From Chitinophagales bacterium (GTDB lineage Bacteria; Bacteroidota; Bacteroidia; Chitinophagales; S012-47), in assembly GCA_015487695.1 (NCBI GenBank), contig WFPF01000122.1, positions 331-64,330 on the forward strand: a stretch of 64,000 nt of DNA, written 5' to 3'. Both the position numbers and the translations under genes were made by a program. Below, piece after piece: positions 1 through 8,659 of this stretch. The notes below the pieces were generated by a model. The model was not told the origin of the DNA. It worked only from the letters and a program-made list of their open reading frames with translations, and did not search any database. Every line of letters starts with the position of its first letter. The stretch's first letter is position 1.

Positions 1-345
1 GCGAAAGATTCTTTCCCGATAATAGAACAAAACATGAACTCACTTACTGAGACTTCTAACAAATATGTTAGAGATTCATTAGCCGATATTCAAACCAACT
101 ATGATTCATTCTCGAATACTCAGAAGAAGTTAATGGAGAATTATAAAGCGAACATCGAGAAAATGATTACCGATAATGCAGACAGAATTAAGAAGCTTGA
201 CAATGAGCTTGGACAGGAACTTAACAAGGCTTTAGAAAGTCTAGGTAGTCAACTTACCTCTTTGTCTCAACATTTTGTGAATGACTACAAACCACTGACT
301 GACAAATTGAGAAAAGTAGTTCAAATGGCAGAAAAAATCAATTAA
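1..345 (+). CDS. zorA: Zorya type II ZorA, C-terminal helical tail (5' truncated by window edge)
   Basis: Frame is open from base 1 (AKDSFPIIEQN then M at 34). Helical tail ends LDNELGQELNKALESLGSQLTSLSQHFVNDYKPLTDKLRKVV, typical of type II ZorA. Lies 1 nt upstream of zorB. Confidence 0.82.
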   Translation, partial: AKDSFPIIEQNMNSLTETSNKYVRDSLADIQTNYDSFSNTQKKLMENYKANIEKMITDNADRIKKLDNELGQELNKALESLGSQLTSLSQHFVNDYKPLTDKLRKVVQMAEKIN

Positions 346-346
346 A

Positions 347-1045
347 ATGGAAAGCTTCAGTCAAAAACAAGATGGTGAAAGCCAATGGCTTCCGATTTCA
401 GACTTAATGTCTGTTTTGATGATGGTTTTTCTGTTGATAGCTGTCAGCTATATGCTGAAAGTCTATCTCGAAAAAGAGAAAATCCAAGAAGTTGCTGTAA
501 CCTATAACAAGCTACAAAACAAGCTATATGAAGATTTAAATCTTGAATTCGAGGAAGACTTGAAAAAATGGAACGCTGAAATTGACAAAGCCAGCCTGAG
601 TGTAAGATTCAAATCACCAGACATATTATTTGATATGGGTAGTGCCAATTTGAAACCAGAGTTCAAATCTATACTAGCCGATTTCTTCCCGAGATTTATA
701 GCAATTCTACATAAGGATGATTATAGAAATGACATAGATGAAATCCGAATTGAAGGTCATACTTCCAGCTATTGGCGGGCGGAAACAACCGAGGATAAAG
801 CCTACATATACAATATGGAGCTTTCCCAAAATCGAACTAGAAATGTACTAGACTATGTCCTAAGAAATGAAACAGATGATGAGTTAGTGAAATGGATTAG
901 GCTTAATGTGACAGCAAATGGACTTAGTTCAAGTAAGCTTATATTCAATGAAGATGGTACTCAGAATAGAGAATTATCCAGACGAGTTGAATTCAGAGTA
1001 AAAACAAATGCTGAGAAAAGAATCGCAAAAATTCTAGGTGAATAA
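347..1045 (+). CDS. zorB: Zorya ZorB, MotB/OmpA-like stator subunit
   Basis: Single N-terminal TM WLPISDLMSVLMMVFLLIAVSYM with the conserved Asp. OmpA-like PG-binding motifs IRIEGHTSS, NMELSQNR, NRELSRRVEF. Confidence 0.88.
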   Translation: MESFSQKQDGESQWLPISDLMSVLMMVFLLIAVSYMLKVYLEKEKIQEVAVTYNKLQNKLYEDLNLEFEEDLKKWNAEIDKASLSVRFKSPDILFDMGSANLKPEFKSILADFFPRFIAILHKDDYRNDIDEIRIEGHTSSYWRAETTEDKAYIYNMELSQNRTRNVLDYVLRNETDDELVKWIRLNVTANGLSSSKLIFNEDGTQNRELSRRVEFRVKTNAEKRIAKILGE

Positions 1046-1902
1046 TGAAGCTGATTAATTTCTACAACTCTAAACAACTGAACTCTCTTCTCGAACAAAT
1101 GGGAGCAGAATTAAAGAGAATAAAAACACCAAATAGTTGGGAAGGAATTAACGATTCTAAACTAGATGAATTGCGCAAAACAGGTGAAATAGAAATTGAA
1201 CTCGATGAAATTAAAACTAAAGACGGTGTATTTGAATATAAAGGACGGAAAGTAATCGTTTACATAAGAGACCAATATTTTAAATATCATTCAAAGGGCT
1301 ATAAATTTCATTTAACGAAATGCAACACTATCAGCACAGCTTTTCGCAATAGACGTAATTCAAGATACGTTGTGTCATTGAGAACAGATGGTCAGTTTAA
1401 GATTAATCTATTTGAAGACAATGTGATTGTGGAGAAAGACCTTATTGAACCAATGAATGTCTGTAAAAATTGCCTTGAGAAAATAGATTATAAGAAGTAT
1501 AAGGCTCGCCCTTATCATATCAAGTCGAAAATTTATGAAAACTTTGATTTAGCTGAGTACTTTAATCAATTCAAGCGATCCAATCTGAATACAGGACTTT
1601 TTAGAAATGCTAACAACGCTCCTCTAAACATCTACAGCAAAAATTTCAAACTCAAAAGCAAGACTATTAGGGAAAAGAAAAAATATAAATGTCAGAACTG
1701 CGGCATTGATTTATCAAAACTAGAGCATAGAAAATATGCTCATGTACACCACCGAGACGGAGACAAATCAAACGACAATCCGACAAACCTTGAAGTACTT
1801 TGCATTGAATGTCATTCAAACCAGCCAGGACATGAAAGACTTAAATACAATTCCGATTACAAGGACTTCACAATGAAAAAAAAGAACCTTGAATTTAAGT
1901 AA
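1045..1902 (+). CDS. zorE: Zorya type II effector ZorE, HNH endonuclease
   Basis: C-terminal CQNC...HVHHRDGDKSNDNPTNLEVLCIECH HNH/Zn motif. Internal YIRDQ, KFHLTKC, RYVV and VCKNCL motifs. Start overlaps the zorB stop (TAATG). Confidence 0.85.
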   Translation: MKLINFYNSKQLNSLLEQMGAELKRIKTPNSWEGINDSKLDELRKTGEIEIELDEIKTKDGVFEYKGRKVIVYIRDQYFKYHSKGYKFHLTKCNTISTAFRNRRNSRYVVSLRTDGQFKINLFEDNVIVEKDLIEPMNVCKNCLEKIDYKKYKARPYHIKSKIYENFDLAEYFNQFKRSNLNTGLFRNANNAPLNIYSKNFKLKSKTIREKKKYKCQNCGIDLSKLEHRKYAHVHHRDGDKSNDNPTNLEVLCIECHSNQPGHERLKYNSDYKDFTMKKKNLEFK

Positions 1903-2165
1903 AAAAATAAAAAAGCCCTACAACAATGCTCCTATGTAAAGCCCTCCCTTCCCTTCAAAAGTAAAGAATAAAATTTATTTAATACTCCTCTAAGGCACCA
2001 TAACATAAAAAATATGATCCCCGGCCCGGCATCCTATATGCGATTCTCAGCTTTGGGCTGCGATCACCGCTAGCTCATCTGAGGCAAGTGATAAGAAACC
2101 CGTTCACTTGCTAAAAAGATGCAATACTCTCCCTGCCCGGGTATTTCAGAACTCCGGGCAAGTTT

Positions 2166-2344
2166 AATTCCGGCCCCTAAATTCTCAGGTTTCTAAAAAA
2201 GTAGGAGGAAAGGAGGGCATTCGATCGATCCCCAATAAATCTGAATTCGTTAATCAATATTCCTTGTTCGGTGTTTTTCCCGTTCCTCGTTTTTAAACCG
2301 AGAAATAAACTGCTCCGTGGGCGGCTCCCCTTTAGGGCCGGATT
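2166..2344. mobile_element. Possible degenerate MITE/REP-like element bounded by imperfect inverted repeats
   Basis: AATTCCGGCCCCTAAA (2166-2181) and TTTAGGGCCGGATT (2331-2344) are reverse complements apart from two single-base indels. No credible gene inside. Confidence 0.3.
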
Positions 2345-2393
2345 GCGGGTGGCCTGTTTCCGGACATCCGATAGCGACTTATCTAAGTTTCTT

Positions 2394-2441
2394 AACTTTT
2401 CAACTTTTCAACTTTTCAACTCTTCAACTCATAAACTCATC
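2394..2441 (+). repeat. Degenerate 8-bp tandem repeat (AACTTTTC), about 6 units
   Basis: aacttttc aacttttc aacttttc aactcttc aactcata aactcatc, read directly. Confidence 0.9.
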
Positions 2442-2750
2442 CACTTCTTTAACTTCTCCTCGTCTCCACTTTTAAACGCCCAACTCGGGAACTGCCATTT
2501 GGGCAGGGAAAGACCGGGCTACATAGAAAATTGATTCCGGGTTCTCATCCTGTTCTCTCTCATAAAGCAATAATGAATTGTGTAGTTTTGTTATGCTGTA
2601 GCAAGCATATTGATGAAACGGTGCGGAAGGAGAGATAAGCAATAAAGCAGAAGAGAATATAGAGTGTTATAAACGGACAATATGGCCCGGCACACGTGGC
2701 CGGTACTCCCTGCGGACAATGCCCCTTTCGCCCTGAAACATAACGGGGAC

Positions 2751-3902
2751 ATGAATTTTTCGGAAATCAGCGGACAGGAACATATGAAGGCGCCCCTGCG
2801 CAGGGCGGTGCATGACGGGCGACTGGCACATGCCATTCTGCTGCTCGGCAAAAGCGGTCAGGGGCTGCTGCCCATGGGCCTGGCTCTGGCCGGATACATT
2901 CTTTGCGAAAATCGCAGCGAAAGCGATGCCTGCGGCCATTGCAATGCCTGCCGGAAGATTGAAAAACACATACATCCCGACCAGCATTTTACCTTTCCCG
3001 TGGTCAAAAAAGAAAAGCAGAAAGACCCGCCCCTGAGCAGCGACTGGATGGAAGAATGGCGCCAGGCCCTGAACGAAGACGCGCTGATGAGTTACAACGA
3101 CTGGCTGCAGCGTCTCAATGCGGCCAATAAGCAGGGCAACATAACGGCCCGCGAATGCCAGGAGATTGTGAGAAAACTGAACATGAAGAGCTTTGAAGCA
3201 GGGAGCAAGGTGCTGCTTGTCTGGAAAGCGGAATTGCTGAAAAAGGAGGGGAATCGCCTGCTGAAAATCATTGAAGAGCCCCCGGAGGATACTTATATCA
3301 TCCTCATGGCCGAAGACGAAAGCGAGCTGCTCAACACCATTTTGAGCCGCACGCAGGTCTACCGATTGCAGCCGCTCAGCGATGAGGATATTTTGCAGCA
3401 CCTCGTGGGTAAGGAAGGCATGGATGAAGGCCGGGCGCGTGAGCTGGCCTACCTGAGCGAAGGCGACCTGGCCCGTGCACTGAGACTGGCATCGGAATCG
3501 GAAAGCGGCATGGGCGATGCCTTCCGGCAATGGATGCTGATGATCGCCCGCTCGGACTGGGCGGCCCTGCTGGACTGGATCAACGAAATAGCCGCCAAAG
3601 GAAGGGAGTGGCAGAAGTATTTTATCCGCTACGGACTGCATTTTTTCGAGGAAGCACTGAAAGCAGGCATGAGCAGGGAATACAAAGCGCGGATCGTGCC
3701 GGGATATGAAAAGCTGAGTAATTTTCTGAATGAGAAAATGGATCTGGAAGCCTATGAAAATGCGGTGCGCCTGCTCGAAGACCTGCATTATCATATCGAG
3801 CGAAACGCCTACTTTAAGGTGCAACTGCTCAATGCATCCCTCCGGCTGAGGGACGTAATTATAGAACGAAAAAGGATCAGGCCGGAGGCGCTGATCCGAT
3901 AA
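2751..3902 (+). CDS. holB: DNA polymerase III delta-prime subunit
   Basis: MNFSEISGQ, RLAHAILL, Zn motif CGHCNAC, HPDQHF, NRLLKIIEEPP, TILSRTQ. Start moved from 2682 to ATG 2751. Confidence 0.9.
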   Translation: MNFSEISGQEHMKAPLRRAVHDGRLAHAILLLGKSGQGLLPMGLALAGYILCENRSESDACGHCNACRKIEKHIHPDQHFTFPVVKKEKQKDPPLSSDWMEEWRQALNEDALMSYNDWLQRLNAANKQGNITARECQEIVRKLNMKSFEAGSKVLLVWKAELLKKEGNRLLKIIEEPPEDTYIILMAEDESELLNTILSRTQVYRLQPLSDEDILQHLVGKEGMDEGRARELAYLSEGDLARALRLASESESGMGDAFRQWMLMIARSDWAALLDWINEIAAKGREWQKYFIRYGLHFFEEALKAGMSREYKARIVPGYEKLSNFLNEKMDLEAYENAVRLLEDLHYHIERNAYFKVQLLNASLRLRDVIIERKRIRPEALIR

Positions 3903-3919
3903 ATAAAGGAAGAACGGAA

Positions 3920-5086
3920 ATGGGATGTGCAACATGTGTAACAAGCAGCAAAAGCCCGGCCGGGTGCCAAAGCAATGGCAGCTGTGCCACAGGCAGTTGC
4001 AATAAACTGAACACTTTCAACTGGCTGGCCGACCTGCCGGCCTACGCACCGGAGCCCTTTGATGTGGTGGAAGTGAGCTTTAACAACGGCCTGCGCAAAG
4101 ATTTTTATCGCAGGCGAAAAGGCCTCCTCATCGATACGGGCGACAGTGTGGTCGTGGAGACTCCCTTTGGCCACGATCTGGGGGTCATCACCCTCAGTGG
4201 CGAGTTGGTGAAATTGCAAATGCGCAAAAAGAGGGTGAAGTCAAAGGAGAAAATGTATCAGCTCGTACGCAGGGCCAACGAGCATGACCTCGAACGATAC
4301 CGCGAAGCCAAAAACCGGGAATATGAGATCATGGTAAGGTCGCGCGTCATTGCCCGCGATCTGAAACTGAATATGAAAATTGGCGCGGTGGAAGTGCAGG
4401 GCGACAACAAGAAAACCACTTTTTACTACACGGCTGACGGGCGCATCGACTTTCGACAGTTGATCAAAGAATTTGCACGCGAGTTCCGGACGAAAGTGGA
4501 GATGAAGCAGATCGGGGCCCGGCAGGAAGCCGGAAAAATCGGTGGCATCGGCTCATGCGGGCGCGAGCTTTGCTGCAGTACCTGGCTGACGGATTTTAAA
4601 TCCGTAAACACTTCGGCCGCCCGCTATCAGAACCTCTCGATCAATCAGTCGAAACTCTCGGGGCAATGCGGACGACTGAAATGCTGCCTCAATTATGAGC
4701 TGGATCAGTACATCGAGGCATTGCAGGACTTCCCCGACAAAGCCGAAAAACTGCAAACCGAAGCCGGGGTCGCCTATCTACAAAAAACCGATATTTTCAA
4801 GCGGCTGATGATCTACAAATACCGCGACAAACCGCTCTACGTAAAGGTGCCGGTGGAGCGGGTCAAGGAAATACTGGAAATGAACGCCCGCAACGAAAAG
4901 CCCGAAGACCTGCTCATCGAAGTGGAGATGGATATTTTTGAACAGGACAATACCGTGGGGCATATCTCGCTGGAAACGCTGGAGAAAAAGGAAAAGATGA
5001 AAAAACGTGCGAGACGCCATAAAAACAGAAACAGAAAAAACCGGAACCAGGGCGGAAAGAAGAACCGAGGCAATGAAAAAAAATAG
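3920..5086 (+). CDS. ricT: PSP1 domain / RicT (YaaT) family Fe-S protein
   Basis: FYYTADGRIDFRQL, GIGSCGRELCC, KLSGQCGRLKCCLNYE. Cys-rich N-terminus. Confidence 0.9.
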   Translation: MGCATCVTSSKSPAGCQSNGSCATGSCNKLNTFNWLADLPAYAPEPFDVVEVSFNNGLRKDFYRRRKGLLIDTGDSVVVETPFGHDLGVITLSGELVKLQMRKKRVKSKEKMYQLVRRANEHDLERYREAKNREYEIMVRSRVIARDLKLNMKIGAVEVQGDNKKTTFYYTADGRIDFRQLIKEFAREFRTKVEMKQIGARQEAGKIGGIGSCGRELCCSTWLTDFKSVNTSAARYQNLSINQSKLSGQCGRLKCCLNYELDQYIEALQDFPDKAEKLQTEAGVAYLQKTDIFKRLMIYKYRDKPLYVKVPVERVKEILEMNARNEKPEDLLIEVEMDIFEQDNTVGHISLETLEKKEKMKKRARRHKNRNRKNRNQGGKKNRGNEKK

Positions 5087-5552
5087 GACACACTTCCTGC
5101 TGACGGGGCTGCTGTTGCTGGCCCTGGCATGCACTCCCGGCAATACCTATCACAAGGTGGCCGATATTCCCTCTTTTTCGTGGAGCCGCGATCATGCCAT
5201 CGATTTCGATCTGAGGCTCAATGATACCACTGCGGCCTATGATCTTTTCGTCATTATCCGGCACAATAGCGACTATCCTTTCTCCAATCTCTGGCTCGAG
5301 CTGCAGACATTTTTCCCCGGTGGCGATACGGCCACCCTCCGGAAGCAGATCATGCTGGCCGACAATGACGAGTTGCAGTGGAAGGGCGACTGCATGGGCG
5401 ATATTTGCGTTGTGAAGGTGCCCCTGCTCAGCAGCGGGCATTTCAGCCGGAAGGGCGATTACCGTTTCCGCATTGCCCACGTCATGCGCAGCAATCCGCT
5501 GCCGGGCATTCTCAATGTGGGCATGGAAATAAAAAAGAGGGATGCCCGCTGA
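5073..5552 (+). CDS. gldH: Gliding motility lipoprotein GldH
   Basis: Lipobox LLALAC, RHNSDYPFSNLWL, WKG motif, PLPGILNVG. Usual position after PSP1. Confidence 0.88.
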   Translation: MKKNRTHFLLTGLLLLALACTPGNTYHKVADIPSFSWSRDHAIDFDLRLNDTTAAYDLFVIIRHNSDYPFSNLWLELQTFFPGGDTATLRKQIMLADNDELQWKGDCMGDICVVKVPLLSSGHFSRKGDYRFRIAHVMRSNPLPGILNVGMEIKKRDAR

Positions 5553-5604
5553 GAGAAGGAAGCGGCTTCTTTCTGATTTTCATCTTTTTCCGTGTTAAAC
5601 TGAT

Positions 5605-5612
5605 TAAATTTG
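5605..5612 (+). promoter_or_regulatory. Bacteroidota -7 promoter element upstream of uvrA
   Basis: TAAATTTG matches TAnnTTTG, 56 nt before the uvrA ATG. Confidence 0.55.
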
Positions 5613-5668
5613 CAGGCTTGCCTCCATCGGTTGAAACTAAAAGCGGAGGCGAAGGCTTTCTAAGGACG

Positions 5669-8551
5669 ATGTCAGAAATATCCACTCAGGCGCTACACGA
5701 TCGAAATAATACTCGCAAACAAGTTGCGGGCCGGCTGAACGTATGGGGCGCCCGCGAGCACAATCTCAAAAATATTGATGTCGCCATTCCGCGAAATCGC
5801 CTGACCGTGATCACGGGCATCAGCGGCAGCGGCAAATCTTCGCTTGCATTCGACACCATCTATGCCGAGGGTCAGCGCAGGTATATCGAAAGTTTTTCGG
5901 CCTATGCGCGCCAGTTTATAGGCAGCCTCAAGCGCCCGGACGTGGAAAAAATAACGGGCCTCAGCCCGGTGATCTCCATCGAACAAAAAACAACCAACAA
6001 GAACCCGCGGAGTACGGTCGGCACGGTCACCGAGATCTACGACTTTCTGCGCCTTCTCTTTGCCCGTGCTGCCGAAGCCTATTCGTATGAGACGGGAAAG
6101 AAGATGAGCCGTTTTTCAGAGAAAGAAATACTGGAACACCTGCTGGAGCGCTATGACGGGCGCAAAGTCATCCTTCTGGCTCCGGTGGTAAAGGGGCGCA
6201 AAGGACACTACCGCGAGCTCTTCGAGCAAATCCGCAAGCAGGGTTATCTGAAGGTGCGGGTCGATGGCGAGATTGTCGAAATCCGGGAAAAAATGCAGGT
6301 CGACCGTTTCAAAATTCACGACATCGAAGTGGTGGTCGACCGGCTGAAGGTCAACAGCAGCGAAACAAGGCGCCTGCAGCAGAGCCTCGAAGCGGCCCTC
6401 CGGATGGCCGAAGGGCAGGTGATGGTTTTGGATTATGAAAGCGGAGTGGCAGACCAGTTCAGCGAAAGGCTGATGGACCCCGATACGGGCCTTTCGTACG
6501 AAGAAGCTTCGCCCAATACCTTTTCATTCAACTCGCCCTACGGGGCCTGCCCGGCCTGCAAAGGCATGGGGCTTATCCGCGAAGTGAAACGCGAATTGCT
6601 CATCCGCGACCCGGAGAAAAGCATCAGCGAAGGAGGCATTGAGGCGCTGGGCGAATATCGCGACAATACCATTTTCCGCCAGTTGAGGCAGCTGTCGAAA
6701 CGCCTCGGATTCACCCTGGGCACCCCTGTGAAAGACCTTGCACCGCAAACCCTCAACCTCATCCTCTATGGCAATGAGGAGGGCGTGATGGAATATGAGC
6801 ATGCGCGCCAGCGGGGCACACAGCGATGGTACGGCCTCGAGTATGGCGGTGTGGTCGGCATGATCAAGGGCTCGTATCGCAATACCAGCTCGGATGGCCT
6901 TCGAAAGTGGGCCGAAAGTTTTATGGAAGAGCAGCCCTGCCCCGAGTGCGGGGGTGCCCGGCTGAAAAAGTCATCGCTTTACTTTCGTATTGGCGGGAAA
7001 AACATTGCCGAACTATCGGCCATGCACATCGATGAATTGCATCGCTGGTTTGAAAAACTCGGGCCGCAACTGACTGAGAAACAGAAACGCATATCTTCGG
7101 AACTGATCAAAGAATTGCGGGTCCGCCTCGGTTTTCTGCTGGATGTGGGGCTTGAGTATCTGACCCTCGACCGGCCGGCCCGCTCGCTCTCGGGCGGAGA
7201 GTCGCAGCGTATCAGACTGGCCACGCAGATCGGCTCGAAGCTGACGGGCATCACCTATATTCTTGACGAACCGACCATCGGCCTTCACCAGCGCGACAAC
7301 AGGCGCCTGATTGCTGCGCTTAAAGAGCTGCGCGATACGGGCAATACGGTCATCGTGGTGGAGCACGACCAGGAACTGATAGAAGCGGCCGATTATGTGA
7401 TCGATCTGGGGCCCGGAGCCGGGGAACACGGAGGAGAGGTGGTGGCCGAAGGCGATCCGAAGAGTATCGAAAAAGGCATATCGCTGACGGCCCGCTACCT
7501 GAGCGGCAAGATGCGCATCGAAGTGCCGCCCCTGCGCAGACCCGGCAACGGACACTATATCACCCTGCAGGGCGCCCGGGGCAACAACCTGAAAAATATT
7601 AACGTGGACTTTCCGCTCGGCAAGTTCATCTGTGTGACGGGGGTCTCGGGCAGCGGAAAATCGACCCTGATCAACGAAACGCTTTATCCCCTGCTGCGAA
7701 CCCACTTTTATCGCAGCAACGACCGACCCCTGCCTTTTGATGCCATTCATGGCATTGAGCACGTGGACAAAGTCATTGAAATCGACCAGTCGCCCATCGG
7801 CCGCACACCCCGCAGCAATCCGGCTACCTATGTGGGTGTTTTTACCGATATCCGCAAGCTTTTTGCCGATCTGCCCGAATCGAAAATCAGGGCCTACAAA
7901 GCCGGGCGTTTTTCTTTTAACGTGAAAGGCGGCCGCTGTGAAGAGTGCAAGGGCGGAGGCATGAAACTCATCGAAATGAATTTTCTGCCGGACATCTACG
8001 TGGAGTGCGAAAAATGCCACGGCAAGCGCTACAACCGCGAAACACTGGAACTGCACTACAAAGGGAAATCGATCAGCGATGTGCTGGATATGACCGTGGA
8101 GGAGGCCACCGAATTTTTTGAGCCCGTTCCCTCCATTTATCAAAAACTAAAAACCCTGCTCGATGTGGGCCTGGGCTACATTCGCCTGGGGCAGTCTTCC
8201 ACGACATTGTCGGGAGGCGAAGCACAGCGCGTAAAGCTGGCCGATGAGCTTTCGAAGCGCGATACCGGCAACACTTTCTACATCCTCGATGAACCCACCA
8301 CCGGCCTGCATTTCGAAGATATAAGGGTGCTCCTGGAAGTATTGCAGCGCCTTGTCGACAAGGGAAATACCGTGCTGGTCATTGAGCACAACCTCGATGT
8401 GATCAAAGTGGCCGACCATGTCATCGACCTGGGGCCCGAAGGGGGCGAGCGCGGGGGTTATATCATAGCCGAGGGGCCGCCCGAGCTGATTGCCGGGGTG
8501 TCCGGTAGCCATACGGGGGCCTTCCTCAGAAATGTGCCGGGCATTGGCTGA
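5669..8551 (+). CDS. uvrA: Excinuclease ABC subunit A
   Basis: GAREHNLKNI, two Walker A GxSGSGKS, LSGGE signatures, Zn fingers. Start at ATG 5669 rather than 5378. Confidence 0.97.
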   Translation: MSEISTQALHDRNNTRKQVAGRLNVWGAREHNLKNIDVAIPRNRLTVITGISGSGKSSLAFDTIYAEGQRRYIESFSAYARQFIGSLKRPDVEKITGLSPVISIEQKTTNKNPRSTVGTVTEIYDFLRLLFARAAEAYSYETGKKMSRFSEKEILEHLLERYDGRKVILLAPVVKGRKGHYRELFEQIRKQGYLKVRVDGEIVEIREKMQVDRFKIHDIEVVVDRLKVNSSETRRLQQSLEAALRMAEGQVMVLDYESGVADQFSERLMDPDTGLSYEEASPNTFSFNSPYGACPACKGMGLIREVKRELLIRDPEKSISEGGIEALGEYRDNTIFRQLRQLSKRLGFTLGTPVKDLAPQTLNLILYGNEEGVMEYEHARQRGTQRWYGLEYGGVVGMIKGSYRNTSSDGLRKWAESFMEEQPCPECGGARLKKSSLYFRIGGKNIAELSAMHIDELHRWFEKLGPQLTEKQKRISSELIKELRVRLGFLLDVGLEYLTLDRPARSLSGGESQRIRLATQIGSKLTGITYILDEPTIGLHQRDNRRLIAALKELRDTGNTVIVVEHDQELIEAADYVIDLGPGAGEHGGEVVAEGDPKSIEKGISLTARYLSGKMRIEVPPLRRPGNGHYITLQGARGNNLKNINVDFPLGKFICVTGVSGSGKSTLINETLYPLLRTHFYRSNDRPLPFDAIHGIEHVDKVIEIDQSPIGRTPRSNPATYVGVFTDIRKLFADLPESKIRAYKAGRFSFNVKGGRCEECKGGGMKLIEMNFLPDIYVECEKCHGKRYNRETLELHYKGKSISDVLDMTVEEATEFFEPVPSIYQKLKTLLDVGLGYIRLGQSSTTLSGGEAQRVKLADELSKRDTGNTFYILDEPTTGLHFEDIRVLLEVLQRLVDKGNTVLVIEHNLDVIKVADHVIDLGPEGGERGGYIIAEGPPELIAGVSGSHTGAFLRNVPGIG

Positions 8552-8624
8552 GGCCCTGCGCAAAACTTAATATTTTCTTCATGCTTTTTTTGAAACGGGG
8601 CCAGTCCGTACGCTGCCAAAGCTT

Positions 8625-8632
8625 TATCTTTG
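8625..8632 (+). promoter_or_regulatory. -7 promoter element upstream of purH
   Basis: TATCTTTG matches TAnnTTTG. Confidence 0.6.
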
Positions 8633-8659
8633 CACGATATCTCAAAAAGCCCGTAAACA

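Noticed and set aside
1-1045. Flagellar MotAB or ExbBD interpretation of the first two ORFs
   Set aside because: No flagellar or TonB context. The coupled HNH nuclease, long helical tail and low GC fit Zorya.
1997-2025. dif/Xer-like site (TTATGTTA on the minus strand)
   Set aside because: Only part of an XerD arm matches, with no credible XerC arm at 6-bp spacing.
2394-2441. CRISPR array
   Set aside because: 8-bp contiguous units with no spacers, and no cas genes.
2271-2534. 87-aa ORF in the junction
   Set aside because: It runs through the 8-bp repeat and inverted repeat, has low-complexity F/S/N/L composition and no motif.
2667-3944. Long antisense ORFs (also 7013-8143, 10291-11220, 29762-30994, 36232-37428 and others)
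   Set aside because: They mirror well-conserved sense genes and lack motifs. Such shadow ORFs are expected from codon bias in GC-rich genes.
5378-5668. 97-aa N-terminal extension of UvrA
   Set aside because: It overlaps gldH and contains the promoter element at 5605. ATG 5669 gives a normal-length UvrA.
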